From NCBI GenBank assembly GCA_026395175.1, contig JAPLZF010000012.1, positions 1 to 42,156 of the forward strand: a DNA stretch of 42,156 bases, in the 5' to 3' direction. Positions within the stretch are counted from its first letter, which is position 1. Every line of letters starts with the position of its first letter. A program made the translations under genes and the position numbers. The notes below the pieces were generated by a model. It had not been told where the DNA came from, searched no databases, and was given only the letters and a program-made list of their open reading frames with translations. Below, one piece after another: positions 1 through 8,289 of the stretch. The stretch comes from Candidatus Staskawiczbacteria bacterium (lineage in GTDB: Bacteria > Patescibacteriota > Minisyncoccia > Minisyncoccales > Staskawiczbacteraceae).

Positions 1-1
1 C

Positions 2-988
2 CCTGTTACTTTAGCTTACAGCGGTTCAGCCCCGGACATTGGAGCATTCGAGTATGATTCAGGATATGTATACACTCCACCTGCTTGCACCCCCAGCTGG
101 TCGTGCGGTTCATGGACAACCTGCGCTTCCAGTTACCAGACAAGAACCTGCACAGATTCAAACAGCTGTGGAACAACAACCAACAAGCCTGCAACCACCC
201 AGCCATGCACATCCACGCCTCCACCTGCATCAACTTACACTTTGTCTGTTTCAGGAGCCAATGGAACAATATCCAAGAGCCCCAGCCAGGCAACCTACGC
301 TTCAGGAACCTCAGTCACCCTGACAGCAATTCCTAACTCAGGATACGAGTTTTCCAGATGGTCAGGAGGCATTACAGGCTCAACCAACCCAATAACCGTC
401 ACAATGTCTTCTGACAAGTCAGTCATAGCCACCTTCATAGCCTCAACAAACCCTCCGCTAGCAACACCTCCAACAACTCCGCCTCTAACTCCTGCAACGC
501 CTCTTACTCCTGCAGAAACAGCCGGCAACGTGGCAACAAACTGCTCAGGAATCGCATTTGTCAGAGCGCTCGTTCTTGGTTCAACAGGCCAGGATGTCAA
601 GTGTCTGCAAACCATCTTAAACACATCAGCTGCAACTCAGGTTGCCTTGTCAGCAGGAGGCTCTCCGGGCAAGGAAACAACATACTTTGGACAAAAGACT
701 CTTACAGCTGTCAGGAAATACCAAGCAGTCCAGGGATTCGTTCCTGCCAACGTGGTCGGAGTAAAAACGCGAGCCGCGCTAAACAAGTATTTGGGCGTTA
801 CTCCGCCGGCAACACCGCCAGCCTCGCAAACACCGGCTAAAACACCAACTCCGCCAGCCACTCCAAAGCCGGTTAAAACAATCACAGCTCCAACGCCTGC
901 TCCTGCTCCGGCAATCACTCCCAACAACCAGCGGGCAATGGTGCAGACTTTAGACAACATACTCAAAGCGCTGCAAGGGGGGAAGTAA
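2..988 (+). CDS. 5'-truncated large surface/secreted protein: APDIGAFE motif, Cys-rich TSP1-like module, InlB-B/Flg_new-like repeat, peptidoglycan-binding-like domain, Pro/Thr linkers
   Basis: The frame of ORF 242..988 is open back to base 2 (PVTLAYSGSAPDIGAFEYD...CTPSWSCGSWTTC...RTCTDSNSCG). It contains YASGTSVTLTAIPNSGYEFSRWSG (B-repeat-like) and LGSTGQDVKCLQ...YFGQKTLTAVRKYQ (PG-binding-like). Confidence 0.75.
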   Translation, partial: PVTLAYSGSAPDIGAFEYDSGYVYTPPACTPSWSCGSWTTCASSYQTRTCTDSNSCGTTTNKPATTQPCTSTPPPASTYTLSVSGANGTISKSPSQATYASGTSVTLTAIPNSGYEFSRWSGGITGSTNPITVTMSSDKSVIATFIASTNPPLATPPTTPPLTPATPLTPAETAGNVATNCSGIAFVRALVLGSTGQDVKCLQTILNTSAATQVALSAGGSPGKETTYFGQKTLTAVRKYQAVQGFVPANVVGVKTRAALNKYLGVTPPATPPASQTPAKTPTPPATPKPVKTITAPTPAPAPAITPNNQRAMVQTLDNILKALQGGK

Positions 989-990
989 GG

Positions 991-1551
991 TTAAACGCGT
1001 TTTACGTAGGTTTCGGTGTCTGTGTTTATTTCAATTACATCTCCTTCTTCAATGAATAAAGGAACCTGAATAACTGCGCCGGACTCCAAAATTGCTTCTT
1101 TTGTTCCGCCCTGGGCGCGGTCGCCCTTGACTCCGGGAGCAGATTCTTTAACCTTTAGCTGAACCTTAATTGGCAGCTTAAAGTTTATAATTTTATCCTC
1201 AAAAACTATTCCAATTACACTCTCGTTGGGTCTTAAAAATTTTGCCTGAGTTCCAATTTGTGCCTCTGTAAAAGAAAATCTTTTCGATGGATCTTTTGGT
1301 TCGCAGAAAAAATATTGTCCTTTGCTTTGGTATAAAAATTTTATATCTTTTTTTTCCAGGTCAGCTTCGTTAAACATATCGCCCTGCTGAAAATTTACTT
1401 CCTGGACTTTGCCGTCAATCAAATTTTTAATTTTGCTCTGAATCACCGGCCTTCTTTGGGCCATTTTTAAAAGTTGGGCCTCCAAAACCACCCAAGGCTG
1501 GTCTAGGTAGATAAATTCAACTCCTTTTTTTAAATCATTATGTGTCAACAT
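991..1551 (-). CDS. efp: Elongation factor P
   Basis: 186 aa; PGVKGDRAQGGTKEAILESGAVIQVPLFIEEGDVIEINT C-terminal signature. Confidence 0.96.
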   Translation of the reverse strand: MLTHNDLKKGVEFIYLDQPWVVLEAQLLKMAQRRPVIQSKIKNLIDGKVQEVNFQQGDMFNEADLEKKDIKFLYQSKGQYFFCEPKDPSKRFSFTEAQIGTQAKFLRPNESVIGIVFEDKIINFKLPIKVQLKVKESAPGVKGDRAQGGTKEAILESGAVIQVPLFIEEGDVIEINTDTETYVKRV

Positions 1552-1567
1552 AAATGTATAATATTAA

Positions 1568-1647
1568 GCGAGCCAATAAATTTTTTCGAGGCGAGGGAAA
1601 CCGCCTAGGGGACAGGTCGAGCCGCAGAAAAAATTTGATTGGCGAGC
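1568..1647. repeat. Intergenic long hairpin / REP- or MITE-like element
   Basis: GCCAATAAATTTTTTC (1572-1587) pairs with GAAAAAATTT-G-ATTGGC (1627-1643); inner AGGCG/CGCCT stem; GCGAGC at both ends. Confidence 0.55.
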
Positions 1648-1650
1648 GGA

Positions 1651-2346
1651 TTATTCTATTATTTTCCATTCAATTTTGTCCTGTTTGTCGGCAAACTCCA
1701 GCCACTCGCCGTATTTTGAAATTACAAACCATTTCTTTTTTGTTTCAGACCAAATCATTGGGTCGCCTCGGTAAAATGGTTTTTTGACAATTTCTTTTGG
1801 CCTTAAATTATCCAATTCCAGCCATTTTTTAAAAACCGTTTCAATTGCATAGTCCAGCTTTCTGGTGCTGGCCCATTTTGCAACCTTATCAATTGCGTCT
1901 TTTGCTTTCTCAACAGAACCCGCCAATTCCAGCAATTGTTTTGCCGGCTTTGTAAACCGAGAATATATTATCTTTTTCTTTTTAGCATTATTTTTCAATT
2001 CTTGCAACCCCACGCCTTTGGTCTCAAAAAAGTGCGTAATTATATTTTGTATGGCTGTCTCTTCTTTTAATTCCTCATATTCTTTTATCACGCCGTAGCC
2101 CTTGGCGGAGGAGGCTGTGCGTATATACTCCTCAATTTTTTTTGCATTTTTTTCGCCTATGATTTTTGGCACTTTTAATCCAGCTAATCCGTTTTCAGCA
2201 TAAATTTCAGAAACGTCTTTGTCTAAACGTTCTAAATATTCCGCAGATTTTCTGTATGCATTTATATGAAAACTGCTGTCGCCCCGAATGTTCAGCAACT
2301 CCGCTATTTCCCGAAAAATTTTCGCAATTTCCTTGTTCATTACCAT
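1651..2346 (-). CDS. Protein with a PolX-type N-terminal helix-hairpin-helix (8-kDa) domain fused to an unknown C-terminal domain
   Basis: NKEIAKIFREIAELL...AYRKSA...IIGEKNAKKIEEY resembles PolX N-termini; no polymerase palm motif follows. Confidence 0.7.
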   Translation of the reverse strand: MVMNKEIAKIFREIAELLNIRGDSSFHINAYRKSAEYLERLDKDVSEIYAENGLAGLKVPKIIGEKNAKKIEEYIRTASSAKGYGVIKEYEELKEETAIQNIITHFFETKGVGLQELKNNAKKKKIIYSRFTKPAKQLLELAGSVEKAKDAIDKVAKWASTRKLDYAIETVFKKWLELDNLRPKEIVKKPFYRGDPMIWSETKKKWFVISKYGEWLEFADKQDKIEWKIIE

Positions 2347-2379
2347 CTATTCTATCACAAGAGAAAAGAGCAGGCACTA

Positions 2380-2408
2380 TTGACAAGGCTATCCATAAAT
2401 GCTATAAT
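2380..2408 (+). promoter_or_regulatory. Perfect-consensus sigma70 promoter with extended -10
   Basis: TTGACA (2380-2385), 17 bp spacer, TGc-TATAAT (-10 at 2403-2408). Confidence 0.8.
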
Positions 2409-2612
2409 AAAACGAGTATAAAGTACATTGAAATTGGGACATGCCCTTCTTTCAAATCATTAGTCGAATACAGAATAAATCGCAGAATAGCAGATTTTTC
2501 AGAAATTAAATTAAGTTCTTTAGTGATTTGAAAGAAGGGATGTGTGTCCCTCAAATGGAAATGTTCCGTGCCGGTGGTCGGTGCGGAGTTCTACCGATGG
2601 AAGGGAACTGCA

Positions 2613-3122
2613 ATGAACGAGATTCTGGTTGTGCCACGTCGTTTAGGGTGTGTCGCTTGGATATCGAACACTCTGATGGTCCCGCTGATGTATTTTTTGG
2701 CGGGAACACTGCGGGAAAAACCGCAACAAACCCACCCTTGGACATGCCAGCGGTTGAAACCAGACGAAGCCACCCGTATGGAGGAGTCAGCAATGGCTCA
2801 TCTCACGGCCGTGGGAAAAGCGATCCAACACCATCACTGGTGGGATCCGCGGTTTCACATGCCAATCTTCACCGGTTGGCGGCAGTACGCTGTCTTAGAC
2901 AGCATGTTTGGCGGACCATGGTACGTAGGTTGGCGAGTGTCCGGTGGAGAGACCGCCGAAGTATCCCGTATGTCGCAAGTTGGACCCATCAGGGTTCTGC
3001 TCGGGCCGAAGGACGTTTCGTTCTTTGGCGTTGACGACAACGGCGTTCAAGTTCCGATTCACCAAATCGGCGGAGGTCGGATAGGCGATGGCGGGCCGTT
3101 CTCACAAGTTCCGCTTTCATAG
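2613..3122 (+). CDS. Hypothetical protein on a GC-rich islet
   Basis: ATG at 2613 preceded by GGAAGGGA; longest ORF in the islet; flanked by the promoter above and a terminator. Confidence 0.65.
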   Translation: MNEILVVPRRLGCVAWISNTLMVPLMYFLAGTLREKPQQTHPWTCQRLKPDEATRMEESAMAHLTAVGKAIQHHHWWDPRFHMPIFTGWRQYAVLDSMFGGPWYVGWRVSGGETAEVSRMSQVGPIRVLLGPKDVSFFGVDDNGVQVPIHQIGGGRIGDGGPFSQVPLS

Positions 3123-3148
3123 GTTCTCCTGGGAAGGAGAGCGAATAT

Positions 3149-3188
3149 GTCCCAGATCACGTCGTGATGATGTTTTCTGGGACTTTTT
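3149..3188 (+). terminator. Intrinsic terminator
   Basis: GTCCCAGA...TCTGGGAC stem followed by TTTTT. Confidence 0.65.
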
Positions 3189-3237
3189 ATTTGTTCCATT
3201 TATTTGCTCTATTTTACTCTCCCTTTTTATTCTTTCT

Positions 3238-3281
3238 ACTAGGTTCACAATCTACGCTATCGCGTAGTTATTGAACCTAGT
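3238..3281. repeat. Palindromic direct repeat, copy 1
   Basis: ACTAGGTTCA-CAATCTACGCTATCGCGTAGTTAT-TGAACCTAGT; 40/42 identical to 3870-3911. Confidence 0.92.
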
Positions 3282-3306
3282 TGTATTTTATAGTAATATA
3301 AATAAA

Positions 3307-3843
3307 ATGAATGCAATTAGAGAAAAAATTTTATTGCTTTTATTGGGCGGGGTTGCTTTTGGGTATAGCATTACGCCCGGCAAACAAAGAATGGTTTTAA
3401 GAACTATCTCAAGAGAATGGAACAAAATAAACAAGAGAGAATTAAGAGAGGGGATTAAATATTTATACAAATTAGATTTTATTGATAAAGATGTTTCTAA
3501 AAATGGGTTTGTGAAATTGTCTTTAACTAAAAAAGGCAGGTTGAAATTATTGAATTGCAGGCTGAATAATCTTAAAAACAAAAAAGTTAAATGGGATGAA
3601 AAATGGCGAATGGTTGCCTTTGATGTTCCAGAAAAATACAAAAGCGGAAGAGATGCTTTGCGTCGAAAATTAAGGTCTGTAGGATTTTGCGAACTTCAAA
3701 AGAGCGTTTTTGTAACGTCAATTGATTGTGAAAAAGAAATAGAATCGCTGGTTAATTTTTTTAGGCTTGAAAAGTATGTTCGTTTCGGAGTTTTAGATAA
3801 AATTGACAATGAAAAACACCTTAAAAAATTATTTAAATTATAA
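3307..3843 (+). CDS. PaaX-like winged-helix / Cas2-fold protein (CPR-type)
   Basis: WDEKWRMVAFDVPE...RDALRRKLRSVGF..LQKSVF is the PaaX-central/Cas2-like motif, preceded by a wHTH-like LTKKG wing. The ATG at 3307 is preferred over the TTG at 3271, which lies inside the repeat. Confidence 0.8.
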   Translation: MNAIREKILLLLLGGVAFGYSITPGKQRMVLRTISREWNKINKRELREGIKYLYKLDFIDKDVSKNGFVKLSLTKKGRLKLLNCRLNNLKNKKVKWDEKWRMVAFDVPEKYKSGRDALRRKLRSVGFCELQKSVFVTSIDCEKEIESLVNFFRLEKYVRFGVLDKIDNEKHLKKLFKL

Positions 3844-3869
3844 TTAAATTGTAGCCACGCTACAATACG

Positions 3870-3911
3870 ACTAGGTTCACAATCTACGCTATCGCGTATT
3901 TAGTGAACCTA
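3870..3911. repeat. Palindromic direct repeat, copy 2
   Basis: ACTAGGTTCACAATCTACGCTATCGCGTATTTAGTGAACCTA; preceded by a small hairpin ATTGTAGC-CAC-GCTACAAT (3848-3866). Confidence 0.92.
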
Positions 3912-3969
3912 CGGCTAAAATTAAAGCAAAAGTTTTGAATTTTTTAGTATTTTTTGCTATTATAAGCCA

Positions 3970-4539
3970 ATGGAAAAAAGACATCGAGTTTTTATTGCTA
4001 TCAATTTGCCGGGGGAGATAAAAAAAGAGCTAGCTGGGTTTTATGATAAATGGCCAGAATTGCCGGCAAAGTGGACAGCTAAGGATAACTTGCATATTAC
4101 CTTGGAGTTCTTGGGCGACTTAACCGATGTTGAAATTGGCGACGCCTGCAAAATTACAGCCGAAGTTGTAAAAAGGCATAACTCTTTTGATTTAAATTTG
4201 AATAAGATTTTGTATGGTCCTCCCAAAAAGAATCCGCCACGCTTGGTCTGGGTGGAAGGGCAAGAATCAAAAGAGCTGGCAGATTTAAAAAATGATTTGC
4301 AGGAATCTTTGCTGGAAAAAATAAGATTTAGGCCCGATGAAAAAGGATTTGTTACGCACATCACTTTGGCAAGAATTTCAGAGTGGGAATTTAGAAAATT
4401 TGAGCTAGAAGAAAGACCTGAAATTAATGAAAACATTGACTTAATGTTTACAGCAGAATCAATTGAGGTTATGGAGTCAGAATTAAAACGTGGAGGACCG
4501 GTTTATACAATTTTAGAGTCGCATAATTTAGGAGAATAA
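3970..4539 (+). CDS. thpR: RNA 2',3'-cyclic phosphodiesterase (2H phosphoesterase, LigT family)
   Basis: RVFIAI N-terminus, two HITL motifs, PRLVW, ESELKRGGPVY. Confidence 0.93.
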   Translation: MEKRHRVFIAINLPGEIKKELAGFYDKWPELPAKWTAKDNLHITLEFLGDLTDVEIGDACKITAEVVKRHNSFDLNLNKILYGPPKKNPPRLVWVEGQESKELADLKNDLQESLLEKIRFRPDEKGFVTHITLARISEWEFRKFELEERPEINENIDLMFTAESIEVMESELKRGGPVYTILESHNLGE

Positions 4540-4544
4540 ATTTT

Positions 4545-5795
4545 ATGAAAATACATTTAATTGGAATTGGGGGAATTGGGGTAAGCGCATTGGCGCAATA
4601 TTATTTGTCAAAAGGACACAATGTGAGTGGTTCTGATTTGGTTGCTTCAGAAATTACAGATTTTTTGAAAGAAAAGGGGATTAGAATATCTATTGGAAAC
4701 TTGGCGGAAAATATAAAAAAAGATTTAGATTTGGCGGTTTACAGCCCGGCAGTAAAACCAAACAACACGGAATTTAAAAGAGCAAAAAAATTAAAAATAA
4801 AAACTATAAGCTATCCGCAGGCTTTGGGCGAGTTAACAAAAGAATATTACACAATTGCTGTTGCCGGTTCTCACGGAAAAAGCACAACAACCGCAATGGT
4901 TTCTCTAGTTTTAACAAAAGCCGGGCTTGACCCAACGGTTATTGTGGGCACAAAATTAAAAGAATTTGAAAACAGCAATTTCAGAGCAGGAAAGTCAAAG
5001 TTTTTGGTAATAGAAGCCTGCGAGTATGATTCGTCATTTTTATATTACTCACCAAAAATAATTGTTGTAACAAATATTGATAAAGAGCATTTGGATTATT
5101 TTAAAACTTTTGCAAACGTTAAAAAAGCATTCAAGAAATTTATTGTAAAGCTTCCGGCAGATGGATTTTTAGTTAATAAATATCCCTCAAAAGAAGTTAA
5201 AAAAGTAAAAAAGATTTTGAAGGTTCCGGGAAAGCACAATGTTTTTAACGCCGTGCTGGCCTTGCAGGTTGCAAAAATTTTGGGAATTCCTGAAAAAATT
5301 TCTTTAGAGGCTCTTTCAGAGTTTAAGGGAACATGGAGAAGGTTTGAGGTGAAAGAGGGAAGGGCAAATAATAAAAAGATTACAATTATATCTGATTATG
5401 CTCATCACCCAAATGAGATTTCAGCCACATTAAAAGCAGTAAGAGAAAAATATCCCAAAAAAACAATTTGGTGTGTTTTCCAACCGCATCAGCACCAAAG
5501 AACGCATTATTTATTTTTGGATTTTGTTAAAACATTTAAAAACGCAAAAATAGAAAATATTATAATTACCGATATTTATGACGTTGCCGGCAGGGAAACC
5601 AAAAAAATAAGCAAAGCAATAACCTCTGAAAAATTAGTTGAAAAAATAAATACCCCTCGGGGCACAGGCAGGAAAAATGTTTCTTATTTGCCAATAGAAG
5701 AATTGGAATTCAACATAAAGCAAAATATAAATTCTGGCGATGTTTTAATAATTATGGGCGCCGGCAACATTTATAAACTAGCTGACAAATTTTAG
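4545..5795 (+). CDS. murC: UDP-N-acetylmuramate--L-alanine ligase
   Basis: HLIGIGGIGVSALA, GSHGKSTTT, EACEY, DYAHHPNEI, FQPH, MGAG. Confidence 0.95.
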   Translation: MKIHLIGIGGIGVSALAQYYLSKGHNVSGSDLVASEITDFLKEKGIRISIGNLAENIKKDLDLAVYSPAVKPNNTEFKRAKKLKIKTISYPQALGELTKEYYTIAVAGSHGKSTTTAMVSLVLTKAGLDPTVIVGTKLKEFENSNFRAGKSKFLVIEACEYDSSFLYYSPKIIVVTNIDKEHLDYFKTFANVKKAFKKFIVKLPADGFLVNKYPSKEVKKVKKILKVPGKHNVFNAVLALQVAKILGIPEKISLEALSEFKGTWRRFEVKEGRANNKKITIISDYAHHPNEISATLKAVREKYPKKTIWCVFQPHQHQRTHYLFLDFVKTFKNAKIENIIITDIYDVAGRETKKISKAITSEKLVEKINTPRGTGRKNVSYLPIEELEFNIKQNINSGDVLIIMGAGNIYKLADKF

Positions 5796-5796
5796 T

Positions 5797-6423
5797 ATGA
5801 TAAAAGCAGTAATTTTTGATTATGGAGGAGTTATGAAAGATGCGCACGCGTTGTCTTTGGATGTTGCTATAATATGCGAAATTTCACAAGAGGAATTTGA
5901 AAAAACAAGAGAAAAACGAAAAGAAATCGTAGGTATGACAGAACGCGGAGAAATAAATGATGAAGAATATTGGGAGAGATATTCTAAAATTATAGATAAG
6001 TCCATAAGAAAAGATGCTGTTGGAATAGCGCAAAAATTGTATAGAGAGACTTTTATTTTTCATAAAGAGATGTTTGATTTGGCAAAAAGCTTAAGAGAAA
6101 AAGGCATTAAAACAGCCGTATTATCTAATATTTTTAAATTTGAAGCAGATGTTATTAGAGAAAAAAAGGGATACGATGAATTTAATCCGGTTATTCTTTC
6201 TTATGAGGTCAGAATGAACAAACCAAATAAGGATATTTATCTTTTTGCATTAGAAAAACTGAATTTAAAATCAGAAGAGTGCATTTTTATTGATGATAAA
6301 GAAAGATATCTTGTGCCGGCGAAAGAACTTGGAATAAAAACTATTTTGTTTGAGAATCCAGAACAGACCGAAAAAGATGTTTTTTTAATTATAAATTCGC
6401 AAAATCCTCAAAACTTGGTATAA
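5797..6423 (+). CDS. HAD-family phosphatase
   Basis: IFDYGGV motif I, LSN, KP, FIDD. Confidence 0.9.
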   Translation: MIKAVIFDYGGVMKDAHALSLDVAIICEISQEEFEKTREKRKEIVGMTERGEINDEEYWERYSKIIDKSIRKDAVGIAQKLYRETFIFHKEMFDLAKSLREKGIKTAVLSNIFKFEADVIREKKGYDEFNPVILSYEVRMNKPNKDIYLFALEKLNLKSEECIFIDDKERYLVPAKELGIKTILFENPEQTEKDVFLIINSQNPQNLV

Positions 6424-6449
6424 TCAAATAATGTTTTAATTTTAAAAAT

Positions 6450-7679
6450 ATGACAGATACAAATTCTCAGAAAATTGAAGAAATTTTAAAAAGAGGGTCA
6501 AGCGAGGTTATCGTTGAAGAGCATCTTAAAGAAAGGCTTGCAAGCGGTGAAAAACTAAGAATAAAATTTGGAATCGATCCGACCGGAAACCTGTTGCATT
6601 TAGGACACGCTGTTTGCTTAATGAAATTAAGGGAGTTTCAGGAAGCAGGGCATCAGGTTATTTTTTTAATTGGCGATTTTACTGCCAGAATTGGAGATCC
6701 GACTGGTCGGACAAATGCTCGGGCGCCGTTAGGTGAAAAACAGATAAAGGAAAACATGAGGGACTACGTAAAACAAGCAGCATTGATTTTGAATATGAAA
6801 AAAGTTGAAATTCGGTATAATTCTCAATGGTGGAACAAAATGGATCTTAGAGAAATGATGCAACTTGCGATGAAGGTGACTTATAGCCAGGTTTCTGCCC
6901 GAGAAGATTTTAAAAAACGGCTTGCTGAGGACAAGGATTTTACACTGGAGGAATTTTTGTATCCTGTGTTGCAGGGATATGACTCGGTCGCGCTTAAGGC
7001 AGATGTTGAAATAGGCGGTACGGATCAAAAATTTAACATGCTGATGGGAAGACAAATTCAAAAAAGATATAATCAAAATTCCCAGGATGTTATTACTATT
7101 CCAATTTTGGAAGGCTTGGATGGTAAGGAAAAGATGAGTAAATCTTTAAGAAATTTTATAGCCATTATTGATAAGCCCCATGAGATGTATGGCAAAATTA
7201 TGTCTCTTCCGGATTTTTTGACTTTGCGATATTTTGAGCTTTGCACCAGGATTTCTATGCAGGAATTGGCTGATATAAAAGATAAATTGGCAAACGGAAA
7301 CAATCCAAGAGATATCAAAGCAAGACTGGCAAAAGAAATTGTGAAGATGTATCACGGGGATAAAAAAGCCGCGGAAGCGGAAGAAGAATTTAATAAAGTT
7401 TTTCGTGATAAAGAATTACCATCAGACATTTTGGTTTTTCAAATTAGCAAAAATAATTATTTAATTTCAGACCTGTTGTTTGACGCAAAAATGGTTGCTT
7501 CAAAAAAAGAGGCAAAAAGACTGGTTGAAGGCGGGGGAGTGCAGATTGAAATCCCAAATCCCAATGACCAAACTCCAAAACGAATTAAAATTCAAAATTG
7601 GAGAGAAGAGATAAAATTGGAAGATGGGATGATAATTAAGGTTGGCAGCAGAAAATTTATTAAAATAAAAAATAAATAA
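6450..7679 (+). CDS. tyrS: Tyrosine--tRNA ligase
   Basis: GIDPTG..LHLGH, LQGYD, GGTDQ, KMSKS, C-terminal S4-like domain. Confidence 0.97.
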   Translation: MTDTNSQKIEEILKRGSSEVIVEEHLKERLASGEKLRIKFGIDPTGNLLHLGHAVCLMKLREFQEAGHQVIFLIGDFTARIGDPTGRTNARAPLGEKQIKENMRDYVKQAALILNMKKVEIRYNSQWWNKMDLREMMQLAMKVTYSQVSAREDFKKRLAEDKDFTLEEFLYPVLQGYDSVALKADVEIGGTDQKFNMLMGRQIQKRYNQNSQDVITIPILEGLDGKEKMSKSLRNFIAIIDKPHEMYGKIMSLPDFLTLRYFELCTRISMQELADIKDKLANGNNPRDIKARLAKEIVKMYHGDKKAAEAEEEFNKVFRDKELPSDILVFQISKNNYLISDLLFDAKMVASKKEAKRLVEGGGVQIEIPNPNDQTPKRIKIQNWREEIKLEDGMIIKVGSRKFIKIKNK

Positions 7680-7680
7680 T

Positions 7681-8271
7681 ATGAAAAAAATAAATATAAT
7701 AATTTTAATAATTATTTGTTTGGTTGTTATTTTAATTGGCGGGTATTTTGCCGATAAATATTTGTTGTCTCATAAATCTGAGCCTATTACCTGTACTATG
7801 GAGGCAAAAATTTGTCCCGACGGCTCAACTGTTGGCCGAACCGGGCCAAATTGTGAATTTGCTCAATGTCCGGATTGGAGAAATTATAAAAACAACGAAT
7901 ATGGTTTTGAAATGACTTTTCCTGATTCATGGAAAGGCTTTACCATAGATGGAAGCAAATTATGGCATGGAAATAGTTTGGATAATTCTAATGTCAAATA
8001 CGACGGGCCAATGATTGTTTTTGTAAATCCTAAAACGACATCTAAAATCCAATATCAAGATATTCCAATTATGGTTTTTACGCCCGATGTTTGGAAAATG
8101 GTAAACGGTGAAAACCCAATAATTGCTGTGAGCGCAGCTCCAATTGGTCCGGCGAAAATAGGAGAGAATTCAAAATATGTTTTTGCAACTCCGCCACGCT
8201 GGTATGGATTTACAGATGCCGTAGGATTTCAGGAGGCGGTGGAAATAGTAAAAACATTTAAAGCATTTTAA
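7681..8271 (+). CDS. Membrane-anchored hypothetical protein with Cys-rich CTxEAKxCPDG module and PsbP-like domain
   Basis: N-terminal TM helix; CTMEAKICPDGSTVGRTGPNCEFAQCP; WRNYKNNEYGFEMTFPDSW. Confidence 0.75.
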   Translation: MKKINIIILIIICLVVILIGGYFADKYLLSHKSEPITCTMEAKICPDGSTVGRTGPNCEFAQCPDWRNYKNNEYGFEMTFPDSWKGFTIDGSKLWHGNSLDNSNVKYDGPMIVFVNPKTTSKIQYQDIPIMVFTPDVWKMVNGENPIIAVSAAPIGPAKIGENSKYVFATPPRWYGFTDAVGFQEAVEIVKTFKAF

Positions 8272-8289
8272 AATTAAAAATTTTACATT

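Noticed and set aside
440-930. Tandem DNA repeats in the first gene
   Set aside because: Explained by low-complexity Pro/Thr/Ala linker coding.
1651-2346. Functional DNA polymerase X
   Set aside because: No GSxRR or DxD palm motifs and no PHP domain.
2528-3034. Overlapping 168-aa ORF and other short or antisense ORFs in the track
   Set aside because: Shadow frames of better-supported genes with no recognisable motifs.
3238-3911. CRISPR-Cas locus (Cas2-like gene plus palindromic repeats)
   Set aside because: Only two repeats, separated by a whole gene rather than a 30-40 bp spacer; no cas1 or effector genes in the window.
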